NCBI GenBank assembly: GCA_964571255.1 | Contig: CAZNAA010000001.1 | Coordinates: 16,167-80,166 of the forward strand | Direction: 5' to 3' | From: an uncultured Gammaproteobacteria bacterium | Lineage (GTDB): Bacteria; Patescibacteriota; Microgenomatia; Levybacterales; UBA12049 | Length of the DNA stretch: 64,000 nucleotides | In this document: positions 41,275-51,209 of the stretch, piece after piece | Numbering within the stretch: position 1 is the stretch's first letter | Layout of the letters: every line of letters starts with the position of its first letter | Notes under the pieces: model-generated | Database searches by the model: none | Told to the model about the DNA's origin: nothing | Seen by the model: only the letters and a program-made list of their open reading frames with translations | Position numbers and translations under genes: made by a program

Positions 41275-41518
41275 AAATGATGACGATGAGTTTAATTTCT
41301 GGTCAACCCTGGATCTCTCAGACTATTTTGAACCTCAAGACTTCAATCAGATTGATATTGACGAGTTCTTAGTAGAGAATCAAAAAACTAGAACACGCAG
41401 TATCACTATGCGCTTACCAGAGAAATTAATTGAAAAGGTCAAACAGCAAGCTTCTTCTCTAGATGTACCATATCAAAGCCTGATGAAAATATATATTCAA
41501 AAAGGTGCTGAAATATAA
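41243..41518 (+). CDS. brnA: BrnA-family antitoxin
   Basis: FWSTLDLSDYFEP...ITMRLPEKLIEKVKQQASSLDVPYQSLMKIYI fits the BrnA pattern. Overlaps the brnT 3' end. Confidence 0.6.
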   Translation: MKKKLKIPTFKNDDDEFNFWSTLDLSDYFEPQDFNQIDIDEFLVENQKTRTRSITMRLPEKLIEKVKQQASSLDVPYQSLMKIYIQKGAEI

Positions 41519-41593
41519 TACCTGTTAGTATGGAAAGTGTTTTAGTGAGAGCATTTGACAAAAAGACTACATATCTGTCATACCTAAATAAGA

Positions 41594-42550
41594 ATGAAAA
41601 AACTGCTTTTTTCCTTGTTCCTGATTCTTGCTGTTGTTGTTTCTCCCTCATCATCTTTTGCAGAATATCGACTATATCCCCACGATAATATACTCGGAGC
41701 CAAAAATGTAAGTGAGGCTGCAATGTCTCCGACCGTTGAAGGGCCAGGATTTCTTCTCCCAGATAATCCTTTGTATTTTCTGGATACGCTCAAGCAAAAA
41801 ATTCGCTTAACTCTGGCGTTTTCTCCTGAGAAAAAAGCAAAACTGCATAGCTCTATTGCTGGAGAGAGGTTTGCTGAACTTCGTTTTATGATCTCAAAAC
41901 AAGATACCAAAGGTATTGGAGAAACACTACTTGGGATAAAAGAACATACCCAAGCAGCAGCTACGGAATTGGAAAAAGCACAACTTCATGGAACAAAAGT
42001 AGTTGAGCTTGCACGAACTCTTAACGAACAGATCAAAAGACGTGATAGCTCACTTGCAGAACTTGAGGAGAACACATCAGGGGATGTAAATGCAGATATC
42101 AAACGAGCACGAGTTGGCATTGATGAAGCAAAATTAACAGTTGAGGAGAATTTACCAGAGGATGAGTTGGAGCAAGAATTAAAATGGAGACTTGAGGAAA
42201 GACTTGAGGAAGCATTTTCAAAAACGAGTGAGGCTTCAGAGATGATCAAGCAAGATATTGCAGAGCTTCAAAAGCAAGCAAGCTCTGCAGCTGAGAATTA
42301 TTTAACCAAAAGGCAAGAAGTGTTGATCAAAACCATTGATGGGAAAAAACTAGATTTACAGAAACTGTCAAAAGAAAGCTTAGAAGACAAGGAGAAAGCT
42401 CAAAAAGTAATTGATAACTTAGGAGAAGATGAAAAAGAGATTGCTGAGAAGATGATGGAAATGGCAAAAGAAGCAGAAGTTAAATATCGAGAAATGAAAA
42501 AAGTACAAGATTCACTGCAAAGCTTTGTCTCAAGCTTTGCCAAAGAGTAA
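41594..42550 (+). CDS. Secreted coiled-coil protein, unknown function
   Basis: Signal peptide MKKLLFSLFLILAVVVSPSSSFA followed by long E/K-rich heptad-like sequence. Confidence 0.4.
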   Translation: MKKLLFSLFLILAVVVSPSSSFAEYRLYPHDNILGAKNVSEAAMSPTVEGPGFLLPDNPLYFLDTLKQKIRLTLAFSPEKKAKLHSSIAGERFAELRFMISKQDTKGIGETLLGIKEHTQAAATELEKAQLHGTKVVELARTLNEQIKRRDSSLAELEENTSGDVNADIKRARVGIDEAKLTVEENLPEDELEQELKWRLEERLEEAFSKTSEASEMIKQDIAELQKQASSAAENYLTKRQEVLIKTIDGKKLDLQKLSKESLEDKEKAQKVIDNLGEDEKEIAEKMMEMAKEAEVKYREMKKVQDSLQSFVSSFAKE

Positions 42551-43127
42551 CCTCTTTACTCCAGTTACTTATTATCCTATAATACTCTCAATGAAGCTTG
42601 ATGCAAAATCCCTTCGTCTCTCCTCATCAACTGATGAACAAAAAAAACAAATGAAGAGAAACCCAATTTATATTGTGGTGGATAACGTGTTGGATACGTA
42701 CAATATTGGAGCCATCTTTCGCCTAGCCGATGCGATTGCAGCAGAAAAAGTACTTCTTTGTGAAGGAGCAGAAACTCCTCCAAATCATCGGATAAAAAAG
42801 TCCTCCATTAATACAACAGAATGGGTTTCTTGGGAGTATTTTAATACGGGAATAGAAGCAGTAAATCATTTACGAGAAACAGTTCCTGGTATTCAAATTG
42901 TCTCAGTAGAGCTAACTGATTCCAGTGTTCCGTATGACACATTTCCTTATGCTTTTCCTATTGCAATTGTTGTTGGTCATGAGACAGATGGGGTCTCTAA
43001 AGAAGTACTTCAGGCATCAGATGGAGTAGTTGAGCTCCCTATGTTTGGAGTTAATATTAGTCTGAATGTTATGGTATCTTTAGGAATTGCTCTTTATGAA
43101 GTAGTTAGACATCTTCCGAAACGTTAA
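42525..43127 (+). CDS. SpoU/TrmH family RNA 2'-O-methyltransferase
   Basis: VVDNVLDTYNIGAIFRLADA and VVGHETDGVSKEVL...LNVMVSLGIALYE SPOUT motifs. Confidence 0.75.
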   Translation: MSQALPKSNLFTPVTYYPIILSMKLDAKSLRLSSSTDEQKKQMKRNPIYIVVDNVLDTYNIGAIFRLADAIAAEKVLLCEGAETPPNHRIKKSSINTTEWVSWEYFNTGIEAVNHLRETVPGIQIVSVELTDSSVPYDTFPYAFPIAIVVGHETDGVSKEVLQASDGVVELPMFGVNISLNVMVSLGIALYEVVRHLPKR

Positions 43128-43148
43128 ATTTTGTTACAATAATTTCTA

Positions 43149-43715
43149 ATGACTGCTAATTCTAAGCAAAAACTTCTGGATACTATTACGAAAGAAATTA
43201 ACGAATGTCTCATATGTCCCGTTGCTAAAAGCGGATTACCTGTAGTCGGTGAAGGGAATCCAGATGCGAAGGTTATCTTTATCGGCGAAGCTCCAGGGAA
43301 GCAAGAAGCACTTAGTGGTCGTCCATTCATTGGTAGGTCAGGAAAACTACTTCGCTCCCAAATTATCTCCATTGGGCTTTTGGAAGAAGATGTCTATATC
43401 ACAAGCCCTGTAAAGTATCTTCCAGATAGAGGAACTCCTACCAAAGAAGATATTGCCCATGGAAGAATTCATTTAATGAAGCAATTAGAAGTAATTGATC
43501 CATCAATCATTGTGCTTTTGGGAAAAACAGCTGCCATGGGAGTATTGGAAATGGATATACCCGTTGCAAAAAAACATGGAGAGACAATTGAGAAGGATGG
43601 GAAAACCTACTTTCTTATGTATCATCCAGCAGCAGCTATCAGGTTTCAAAAATTTAAATCAGTATTTGTTGAAGACTTTCAAAAATTAAAATTACTTCTT
43701 AAAAGAATAGTATAA
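43149..43715 (+). CDS. Uracil-DNA glycosylase, family 4
   Basis: ECLICPVA...GEGNPDAKVIFIGEAPGKQEA...GRPFIGRSGKLL, the family-4 UDG signature. Confidence 0.8.
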   Translation: MTANSKQKLLDTITKEINECLICPVAKSGLPVVGEGNPDAKVIFIGEAPGKQEALSGRPFIGRSGKLLRSQIISIGLLEEDVYITSPVKYLPDRGTPTKEDIAHGRIHLMKQLEVIDPSIIVLLGKTAAMGVLEMDIPVAKKHGETIEKDGKTYFLMYHPAAAIRFQKFKSVFVEDFQKLKLLLKRIV

Positions 43716-43732
43716 GAGTGCTTTCTGTAGGC

Positions 43733-43762
43733 TTGACACTCTATGGCTTGATCTTCTATAAT
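43733..43762 (+). promoter_or_regulatory. Sigma-70 consensus-like promoter (TTGACA-N18-TATAAT)
   Basis: TTGACA at 43733-43738 and TATAAT at 43757-43762, about 200 nt upstream of the 16S gene. Confidence 0.35.
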
Positions 43763-43803
43763 ACCCTTACTATGTAAAAGTAGCTCCAGAGACGATTGAA
43801 TGA

Positions 43804-43827
43804 ACTCGCATCTGGCGAGTTTTTTTG
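43804..43827 (+). terminator. Hairpin plus T7 run (intrinsic-terminator-like), possibly udg terminator or rRNA leader element
   Basis: ACTCGC-ATCTG-GCGAGT stem-loop followed by TTTTTTT. Confidence 0.4.
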
Positions 43828-44811
43828 TCTTTAGGTTTATAAGCTCTTTAACAATCGAAAAGTGGTAGGGAATTTAAGAATTTGGACTTCCCTTATCAGT
43901 TACGCACTGATATTTTTTGTCCTTATTCATTGATAGAGAATAAAAACTCTGTCATATTTTTTTGAGAATTTGATCCTGGTTCAGGATGAACGCTGGCGGC
44001 GTGCCTTAGGCATGCAAGTCGAACGAAAAAGTCGCAAGATAATTTAGTGGCAGACGGGTGAGTAACGCGTAGGAATCTACCCCTGGGAATCGCATAGCCC
44101 TCCGAAAGGAGGGGTAATACGATATGGTCTCGCAAGAGTAAAGGACTTAACGGTCCGCCGAGGGAGGAGCCTGCGTCCTATCAGCTTGTTGGTGAGGTAA
44201 TGGCTTACCAAGGCGATGACGGGTAGCTGGACTGAGAGGTTGATCAGCCACAACTGCACTGAGACACGGGCAGTACACCTACGGGTGGCAGCAACTGGGA
44301 ATATTCGGCAATGGACGAAAGTCTGACCGAGCGACGCCGCGTGGAGGAAGACGGCCTTCGGGTTGTAAACTCCTTTTGCCAAGCCCTTCACGGCTTGGAG
44401 AATAAGCCTCTACTAACTACGTGCCAGAAGTCTCGGTAATACGTAGGAGGCAAGCGTTATCCGGATTTATTGGGCGTAAAGTGTGCGTAGGCGTTCTTTC
44501 AAGTCATGGCTTAAAGACCGGGGCTTACCCTCGGATTTGGTTGTGATACTGGGAGAATTGAGGATTGACAGGGGTGCTGGAACAGTTAATGTAGCAGTGA
44601 AATGCGTTGATATTAACTGGAACACCGATGGCGAAGGCAGGCACCTGGGTTATTCCTGACGCTGAGGCACGAAAGCTAGGGGAGCGAAACAGATTAGATA
44701 CCTGTGTAGTCCTAGCTGTAAACGATGTCCGCTAGCTATCACTCACCAAGGATACAAGGGAGTACTTTGTATTTTTAGTGAGTGGTGGTGTAAGCTAACG
44801 CGTTAAGCGGA

Positions 44812-44871
<60 letters not shown>

Positions 44872-44989
44872 CCGGTGGAGCGTGTGGTTCAATTCGAGAC
44901 AAAGCGAAAAACCTTACCAAGGTTTGACATCTTACCGTTTTATACCTATGGAAACACTGGTAGATCCGAAAGGATGGTAAGACAGGTGT

Positions 44990-45024
<35 letters not shown>

Positions 45025-45321
45025 CCCTTAAGTGGGGAAACGAGCGCAACCCCCGCTGAATGTTAAATATTCATTCGGGACAGCCCCAATTATTTGGGGA
45101 GGAAGGAGGGGAAGACGTCAAGTCAGCACGGCCCTTATACCTTGGGATACACACACCCTACAATGGCGAATAACAACGTGTTGCTAGCAGGTAACTGCAT
45201 GCTAATCACTTAAATTTCGCCTCAGTTCAGATTGAGGTCTGCAACTCGACCTCATGAAGTCGGAATCGGTAGTAATCGCGGATCAGAAGGCCGCGGTGAA
45301 TACGTTCTCGGGTCTTGTACA

Positions 45322-46102
45322 AATTAAATGCGCCTGGCAGTTTAAAAGACAAGATGGTGAAAATCCATCCTAGTAGTTGAAGAACAGGACCTCTCTTGTA
45401 AAAGAAGGTCTGAAGGGTTCGATGTAACGAAGAGCAGCCTAGATATAAAAAAGTGTTTCGACTCTTAGGTGTACTAAGAGGAAGAAAACAAGAAAAGCTT
45501 TTTAGGATGTTTGAAATTGTTTTTTAAATGACCCAGGGAGATCCTATACTGACAGAACACATAATTGAGTATAGGAAGTCAGCTGATTCCATAGTATTTA
45601 AATAGGTGTATACTTATTTAGAGAAGGGATGAACTCTAAACTAAATCCATATTATCTTGTTGGTTTGGTAGATGGAGAAGGATGTTTCTGCGTTTCTTTT
45701 AACAATCATAAATCTCATCGATTAATTGAAGTAAGACTTCTTTTTGAAATTGAACTTCGAGAAGACGATAAAGAGATTTTAGAACGAGTAAAAGAGACTC
45801 TTGGTTGCGGTAATATTTATTATCTTAACTATAAGCGATATCAAAAATGGAGACCTCACTATAAGTATAAGGTTTCTAACTTAAAAGATATCACTGAGAA
45901 AATTATTCCTTTTTTTACTACCTATCCTTTACAAGCTAAGAAAAAGGAGAGTTTTAATAAATTCTCTGAGGTTGCAAAGCTTATGCTTCGTAAATCTCAT
46001 CTTAGTGAAGAAGGTATTCAACATATAAAAGATTGGCAAGAGACTCGCTGGATGCGGGAAATCCGCACGTCCAGTGGGGAGGAACAGGTTTCTGATTCCA
46101 AT
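45322..46102 (+). mobile_element. Putative self-splicing intron in 16S rRNA (inserted between CTTGTACA and CACCGCCCGTC, E. coli ~1391-1393)
   Basis: The conserved string TTGTACACACCGCCCGTC is split at this point. The insert carries a homing endonuclease ORF. Boundaries are approximate, within about 2 nt. Confidence 0.6.
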
Positions 46103-46150
46103 CACCGCCCGTCAAGGCAGCAAAGTCGGGGGTGGCTGAAGCGCCCTTAG
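45629..46150 (+). CDS. Intron-encoded single-motif LAGLIDADG homing endonuclease
   Basis: YLVGLVDGEGCFCVSF motif. About 170 aa. The reading frame extends about 16 codons into the downstream exon. Confidence 0.8.
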   Translation: MNSKLNPYYLVGLVDGEGCFCVSFNNHKSHRLIEVRLLFEIELREDDKEILERVKETLGCGNIYYLNYKRYQKWRPHYKYKVSNLKDITEKIIPFFTTYPLQAKKKESFNKFSEVAKLMLRKSHLSEEGIQHIKDWQETRWMREIRTSSGEEQVSDSNHRPSRQQSRGWLKRP

Positions 46151-46426
46151 GGGTTCTAGGCCAAATTCGGCGATGAGGCTTAAGTCGTAACAAGGTATCC
46201 CTAGCCGAAGCTGGGGATGGATCACCTCCTTTCTAAATTACACTAGCTGTAAGACTGAAAGGGGAAGGCATCTAACTTTGATTAATAATCTGCAAAGATT
46301 AGGTAATTGAGGAACATGTAATGGCAACAGGTCGAGTGAATAGTACCTGGTATTTCTCGTTATACTGAGAGAAAAACAAAAACTATTCTCGCTTTCCTAC
46401 CACTTTTGGATTGTTAAAACACTAAA

Positions 46427-46448
46427 CCACCGTATTGGTGGTTTTTTT
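46427..46448 (+). terminator. Rho-independent terminator downstream of 16S
   Basis: CCACC-GTATT-GGTGG hairpin followed by TTTTTTT. No 23S follows. Confidence 0.55.
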
Positions 46449-46461
46449 GTACTATATACAT

Positions 46462-46869
46462 ATGGAATTGCCACGATTTAGATCAAATTTAGATGGGTTT
46501 TCTTCAGAGTATGGAGAAACAGCTGATAAAATAGCTCGAAACGGAGTTGACTATCGTAATTGGCAAGAAGATCAGCAAATAAAAAAAGTGTCTGTTTTAC
46601 TCAGAGATCTTCCAGAGGAGGAGGTAGTTAAAAGTGTTCGTACACTGAAGGAAAATGTTATGTTGAGTGTTCAGATACTTCTTCTTATCACTATTTTAGG
46701 ATTTCTTTATAGTGAAAACAGTAAGGTAACAACTGAAAAACTCCAAGAAGTTTTTCAGTATAGACCTAACATATCCCGAGCTCAATTGGATAGTCTAGGA
46801 AGAAAAAAGGATTATGTCTTACAATGTGCTTTTGCATCTCTTAACATAGATTGTACAGCTAATCCTTAA
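46462..46869 (+). CDS. Hypothetical membrane protein
   Basis: ORF with one TM (VQILLLITILGFLY). Start moved to the ATG at 46462 because the track start lies inside the terminator T-run. Confidence 0.35.
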   Translation: MELPRFRSNLDGFSSEYGETADKIARNGVDYRNWQEDQQIKKVSVLLRDLPEEEVVKSVRTLKENVMLSVQILLLITILGFLYSENSKVTTEKLQEVFQYRPNISRAQLDSLGRKKDYVLQCAFASLNIDCTANP

Positions 46870-46887
46870 TTTGCTTTTACCGTTTGC

Positions 46888-47205
46888 GTGTCCTATAATG
46901 TCAGGATTATGGAAAACGAATTTAAGATGTTCAAAAGAGTTATTAGAGAAAGACCCATTGAATCAACAGTTGTACTTGGTGGGTATTTTTTATTACTTAC
47001 TTGGGGAGTTTTAGTGGCTATGAAAGGAATTTCAATTGAGGATTACAATGGAAATCCTCAAAAAGACCCTACTCGAACCAATACTCCTACAATCACTCAA
47101 GAAAAGTTTCCTCCATCAATTCATGAGTATTATGCAACGTTGGAAGCAAAAGGAACTATCCCAGTAGTTCCCTTACGCAGAGAAACACCAACCGTTAGAA
47201 AGTAA
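46888..47205 (+). CDS. Hypothetical small membrane protein
   Basis: One TM (VVLGGYFLLLTWGVLVAM). No motif recognised. Confidence 0.3.
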   Translation: MSYNVRIMENEFKMFKRVIRERPIESTVVLGGYFLLLTWGVLVAMKGISIEDYNGNPQKDPTRTNTPTITQEKFPPSIHEYYATLEAKGTIPVVPLRRETPTVRK

Positions 47206-47251
47206 TTTCGTTTTTTATAGCTAATTTGCTACAATGCGTACATATCCTCAA

Positions 47252-47323
47252 GGCGCGGTGGCGAAGCGGTAACGCAGGGGTCTGCAAAACCTCCATGCAC
47301 GGGTTCGATCCCCGTTCGCGCCT
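47252..47323 (+). tRNA. tRNA-Cys (anticodon GCA)
   Basis: Manual fold: acceptor GGCGCGG/TCGCGCC, anticodon stem GGGGT/ACCTC with loop CTGCAAA, T arm ACGGG-TTCGATC-CCCGT, discriminator U. Confidence 0.8.
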
Positions 47324-47352
47324 CACTGTTTTTATCTTTCTAAACTATATCT

Positions 47353-47553
47353 ATGAAAGAACAACTAAAACGAGTTGTAAGACCAATAATTGAAACAGGC
47401 GGACCTTTAGCAAAAGGTATTGATGTGATTGGTATGGTTTATGGAGTAATAGCTCCTCATTTATTACTTGCAGCTTGGTCGGTTATTACGTGGGGATTAA
47501 CCGATAAAATAGAAAAGTGGGCAAAATCTCCAGCTCGGTCTAAAATGGCATAG
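47353..47553 (+). CDS. Hypothetical small membrane protein
   Basis: 66-aa ORF with one hydrophobic helix. Confidence 0.3.
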   Translation: MKEQLKRVVRPIIETGGPLAKGIDVIGMVYGVIAPHLLLAAWSVITWGLTDKIEKWAKSPARSKMA

Positions 47554-47557
47554 TATT

Positions 47558-47941
47558 ATGGAAAAAGAACAGAAAGAACACACACAATCGAAAGAAAAAG
47601 AGTATGGAGAAGATGGGCATAGTGAGAAACAGCTTGATTTAGACGCAGAAATAGCTGCAGGGGAGTGGACACATCTCAAAAATTTTAAAACCTATCAACA
47701 AAGGTCCCGCCAAGGCAAAATTATTGCTATGCATAAGGCTGTTTCTAATAGACTTCAACAACTGGAGAAACTCTATTATCCCTTGGTTGGAAAGTATCCT
47801 CAGAAGGCACTAAAGCTTCTCCAAGAGTTAAAACAACTTCGAACCATGCAAGAGTACCTTTTACAATGTTTAGTCTGGGAAGAAAAAAACGAATTAACCT
47901 CCGATTTAGTACCCTCTGAGCTATGGGAGCTTATTTCCTAG
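47558..47941 (+). CDS. Hypothetical protein
   Basis: 127-aa ORF, charged and coiled-coil-like. Confidence 0.3.
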   Translation: MEKEQKEHTQSKEKEYGEDGHSEKQLDLDAEIAAGEWTHLKNFKTYQQRSRQGKIIAMHKAVSNRLQQLEKLYYPLVGKYPQKALKLLQELKQLRTMQEYLLQCLVWEEKNELTSDLVPSELWELIS

Positions 47942-47977
47942 ACGAAAAGGCAAGTTTTTAGTATAATAGGGAAACTT

Positions 47978-48049
47978 GGGTGCATAGTTCAGCGGTAGAA
48001 CGCTTTCCTGATAAGAAAGAGGTGCATGGTCCGACTCCATGTGCACCCA
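47978..48049 (+). tRNA. tRNA-Ile (anticodon GAT), free-standing
   Basis: Manual fold: acceptor GGGTGCA/TGCACCC, D stem GTTC/GAAC, anticodon stem CTTTC/GAAAG with loop CTGATAA, T arm CATGG-TCCGACT-CCATG. Preceded by a TATAAT-like box. Confidence 0.8.
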
Positions 48050-48120
48050 CAGATTTGGATCGTTGGGAATGGTGCTTGCCACTCCCGCGATCGCTGGAAA
48101 ACTAAACAATTCAAAATTCA

Positions 48121-48696
48121 ATGCACAAAAAAAACCATAATCAGTATCAGCAGAAAAAACAGAATCCCTTTTTAGTGATTGTGCTTATTGGTATTGTTTT
48201 TCTTTTAGTTGCTTTCACTGCCTATCTTGCCTATCAAAATATACAATTGAAAAAACAATTTATGTCGTTGCGATCAGCATCATCTTTGACATCAGAGACC
48301 AAAACAGGTTTAACAGTAAACTGGAAAACGTATACCAATACGAACTATGACTTCAGTATCAGATATCCAAGCGATTGGGTGGTTGTAGAAAACCCACTTA
48401 ATGATCCCAAAGCAGCTGAAAACAGTATCAGATTGTCAAACAGCGTAAGTTCAGTTTATATCTCCATCTTCGAAGAATATGGTGGAGCTTGTCTTTCAGA
48501 AATTCAAAAAATTATGATTGATAATCAGTCCCATGATGTTTGTGTTTCTGAAACAGAAGCAGGTGAAATTGCTTGGGAACAAATCACGTTCCCAAAATCC
48601 AAAAACATTATTGAGCTTCGTGCCTATTCAAAAAAATCTACTTCTGAGGAGTTACTTATTCCTCAAATTCTCTCCACATTTACTTTTGCTAACTGA
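48121..48696 (+). CDS. Hypothetical membrane-anchored secreted protein
   Basis: N-terminal TM (FLVIVLIGIVFLLVAFTAYLAY) followed by an extracytoplasmic domain. Confidence 0.35.
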   Translation: MHKKNHNQYQQKKQNPFLVIVLIGIVFLLVAFTAYLAYQNIQLKKQFMSLRSASSLTSETKTGLTVNWKTYTNTNYDFSIRYPSDWVVVENPLNDPKAAENSIRLSNSVSSVYISIFEEYGGACLSEIQKIMIDNQSHDVCVSETEAGEIAWEQITFPKSKNIIELRAYSKKSTSEELLIPQILSTFTFAN

Positions 48697-48882
48697 CCAA
48701 TTAATTCATAAGTGTTACTGACTCTTTGGAAAACAATATGTTATATATGATCGCAGATGAGAATAGTGGTGGGTATTATTCTTGCGATATTTACTTATCT
48801 TCGCTATAAACGGAGGCAACAATAAAAATAATGAAGTTACTTTTGAAAATTAGTCATATTTGTTCATAAAGAGTCCACCACG

Positions 48883-49863
48883 TTAGTCTTTCTTTCCTCG
48901 TAGTAGTATTTGTCCTTTGTGAATCCCCAATTGAATTAAAATACTTATCCCAGTAACAGTGAGGAAAAAGGTGTACCAGCTAAAGTAGTGTTTGTATGAG
49001 GCAAGAAAAATAAGAACACAGTAATGGATAAAATAGAGTTGGTAGGAATTGACGCTTAGGTATGTTATTCCTTTTTCAATACTAGAGGGAAGAGATACGT
49101 ACTTGTATAGGAGAGTAAGTCCAATAATCCAAAGGATGCCGTAGAAAAGAAAGTAGGTATCTGGTGGATACTTGTGAGTGATAAGAAGCGTGGGAGATAA
49201 TCCCCAGTGAAGAATACTCCAAGGAATAAGAAGGAGAGTGAAGTATTTTAATTGCATTTTATTGTCATCTCTAAATTTCAAAATAGCTTTCGCAACAAAA
49301 AAGAAAAAAGACCAGCCAATCCACATGACCCATTTATAGGATACTGCTATATCCTGGTAAAAGGTGAAGAGAATAAAAAAGAGAAGAAAGATAGGAAGAA
49401 GAAAAGACTTCTCTTTGTAATTTTGGTGCAAGAATTGATACAAAGGAAAAAGAAGTGTCAGTTGCACAAAGAGAAGTACTAACCAGTTAATATCAATTCC
49501 TCCAACAAGTAAGAGGCTTTGAAGAATATAAGAGATAGTTAGTTTTCCTGGTTCTACAAAAAAAAGAACTAGGAAAAAGAAAGGAATGAAAGTGTAGTAG
49601 GGAATAAGAAGGCGTAAAAGACGTTTAGGAATATATTTCTTATAGAATTGGATAAGATCTTTCCAGGAAGTATTTGTAAAATCTTCTTTCTGAACGAAGA
49701 GAAATGCAGAACAGAAAACAAAGATAGGAACGGCAAATTGAGCGTAATTCCAAAGGAATGAAGCGGTTCTATCTCCAATAAAATAATACGAGGTGTGGAT
49801 GAGGATCATGGCCAGCATGGCAAATCCACGGAGAAAGTCAATCAAGAAATTTCGTTGAACCAT
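48883..49863 (-). CDS. Acyltransferase family 3 (membrane O-acyltransferase, OafA-like)
   Basis: FLIDFLRGFAMLAMILIHT N-terminal motif and about 10 TM helices. Confidence 0.7.
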   Translation of the reverse strand: MVQRNFLIDFLRGFAMLAMILIHTSYYFIGDRTASFLWNYAQFAVPIFVFCSAFLFVQKEDFTNTSWKDLIQFYKKYIPKRLLRLLIPYYTFIPFFFLVLFFVEPGKLTISYILQSLLLVGGIDINWLVLLFVQLTLLFPLYQFLHQNYKEKSFLLPIFLLFFILFTFYQDIAVSYKWVMWIGWSFFFFVAKAILKFRDDNKMQLKYFTLLLIPWSILHWGLSPTLLITHKYPPDTYFLFYGILWIIGLTLLYKYVSLPSSIEKGITYLSVNSYQLYFIHYCVLIFLASYKHYFSWYTFFLTVTGISILIQLGIHKGQILLRGKKD

Positions 49864-49900
49864 AGAATAGTTTCATTATAAAGAAAAAGGAGAAAAATAC

Positions 49901-51112
49901 TTAAGCAGCTTTTATAATTGGACCAACTTCCCAGCCTCTTACCTCATTATTTACGATTTTAAATCGTACAGGTGCAACTTGTGTTAAAACTCCTGCGTGA
50001 TTTTCAGCTACTAAAACTTGATTCTCCTCATTTGAAAGCCATGCTGGCATAAAGTCTCTCTTAGCTAGATCAGTTGCTACTCCAGTTCCTCTACTCAAAT
50101 CTGAAACAGCAATAAGAAGAGTATCTGTGTTTGAAAAAGGTTTTTCTGGGTTACCTCTATTAACTGTAGCGTGATAGATAGGATACTCAAGTTGGTCACC
50201 TAAATGTTCAATATCGTTGGGTGAGAAAGTAGTTGCCTTTTGTCCATCTTGACCTCTCTCTCTGGTCCGACGGACTGTCATTCTAAATGTAGCTCCAGGG
50301 AAGGCAAAGTCTGGGATCCATACTTCAGCAGATCTTAAGTTGTCTCCAATTTTTATTAATGGAGGTCTTTGAACTTGTAAACCATCTAGTAAATGGGGAT
50401 GTCTTGCTAACTCCTCTTTTTTTCGTTTCTCGCGTAGCTGCATATAGGTTTGAAGTTCTACAGGAAGTTCTTCATAAGAGAGTGCTTCAAAGCTACGATC
50501 ATGAGGAATCGAAGCAGGAGTGGGTCTCCCAAGGATATCTAATAAAGGAATATGAGATTCACGTCCTCCGTCGGTCCTATTGTAAACTGCAAAGAAGTGT
50601 AATTCTCCGGTGAGGTGGTTTTGATATGCAGCTGCAACTTGTTTTGGTGTTTTTCCTGCGAGCTCAGCAGCTTTTCTCACGCTTTGGAGGTTCGTATGAT
50701 CTTCAACTGCTTTATCTATATACCCAGTTATACCTCGTCGAGATGGTTGATGGCCATTTTTTACATGAAGTTGTCTAGCGAGTCTTCCTCCACAGTCTGG
50801 TCCATGAGACATTACTATTCCAAATTTAACCCCAGAACTATTGATGGCGTTTCTTAAGCTTTCCGCTGAACCACCGTTTGCAATAGTGTGAAAATAAACT
50901 GATCCTGGATCTAGTCTCCATACTCTTGCATCATCGCATAACCAAATAAGCCCTTGAGTGCCATTACTTCTCCGATTATCAAATTCTTGACGTCTATCAA
51001 CTGCTAATCTGGAGTGGTTACTCTCAAGAAGTGCTTCGGGAGTTATTCGTTTTGAAAGATGCTCAGGTCTTTCCTGTTGATTTAAATAATATTGTATTTC
51101 TCTTCCAGCCAT
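49901..51112 (-). CDS. Hypothetical cytoplasmic protein with beta-carbonic-anhydrase-like Cys/His motif set
   Basis: LCDDARV (CxDxR) ... FHTIANGG ... VMSHGPDCGG (HxxxC). Paralogous to the protein at 51210-52853. Confidence 0.4.
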   Translation of the reverse strand: MAGREIQYYLNQQERPEHLSKRITPEALLESNHSRLAVDRRQEFDNRRSNGTQGLIWLCDDARVWRLDPGSVYFHTIANGGSAESLRNAINSSGVKFGIVMSHGPDCGGRLARQLHVKNGHQPSRRGITGYIDKAVEDHTNLQSVRKAAELAGKTPKQVAAAYQNHLTGELHFFAVYNRTDGGRESHIPLLDILGRPTPASIPHDRSFEALSYEELPVELQTYMQLREKRKKEELARHPHLLDGLQVQRPPLIKIGDNLRSAEVWIPDFAFPGATFRMTVRRTRERGQDGQKATTFSPNDIEHLGDQLEYPIYHATVNRGNPEKPFSNTDTLLIAVSDLSRGTGVATDLAKRDFMPAWLSNEENQVLVAENHAGVLTQVAPVRFKIVNNEVRGWEVGPIIKAA

Positions 51113-51209
51113 AAATTAGATGTTACAAAAAAACATTTTACTTCTTATGGGTTGTAAATTCAAGGGGTATGTATTGAAAATTGGGTAAAATTATGGTAAA
51201 ACTCAAACT

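Noticed and set aside
43881-43913. Candidate second promoter (TTGGAC ... TGATAT) just upstream of 16S
   Set aside because: The spacer is about 20 nt, too long for a sigma-70 promoter. It is not reported as a feature.
46435-46461. ORF-track start of the 144-aa ORF
   Set aside because: That start lies within the T-run of the 16S terminator hairpin. The ATG at 46462 is more plausible.
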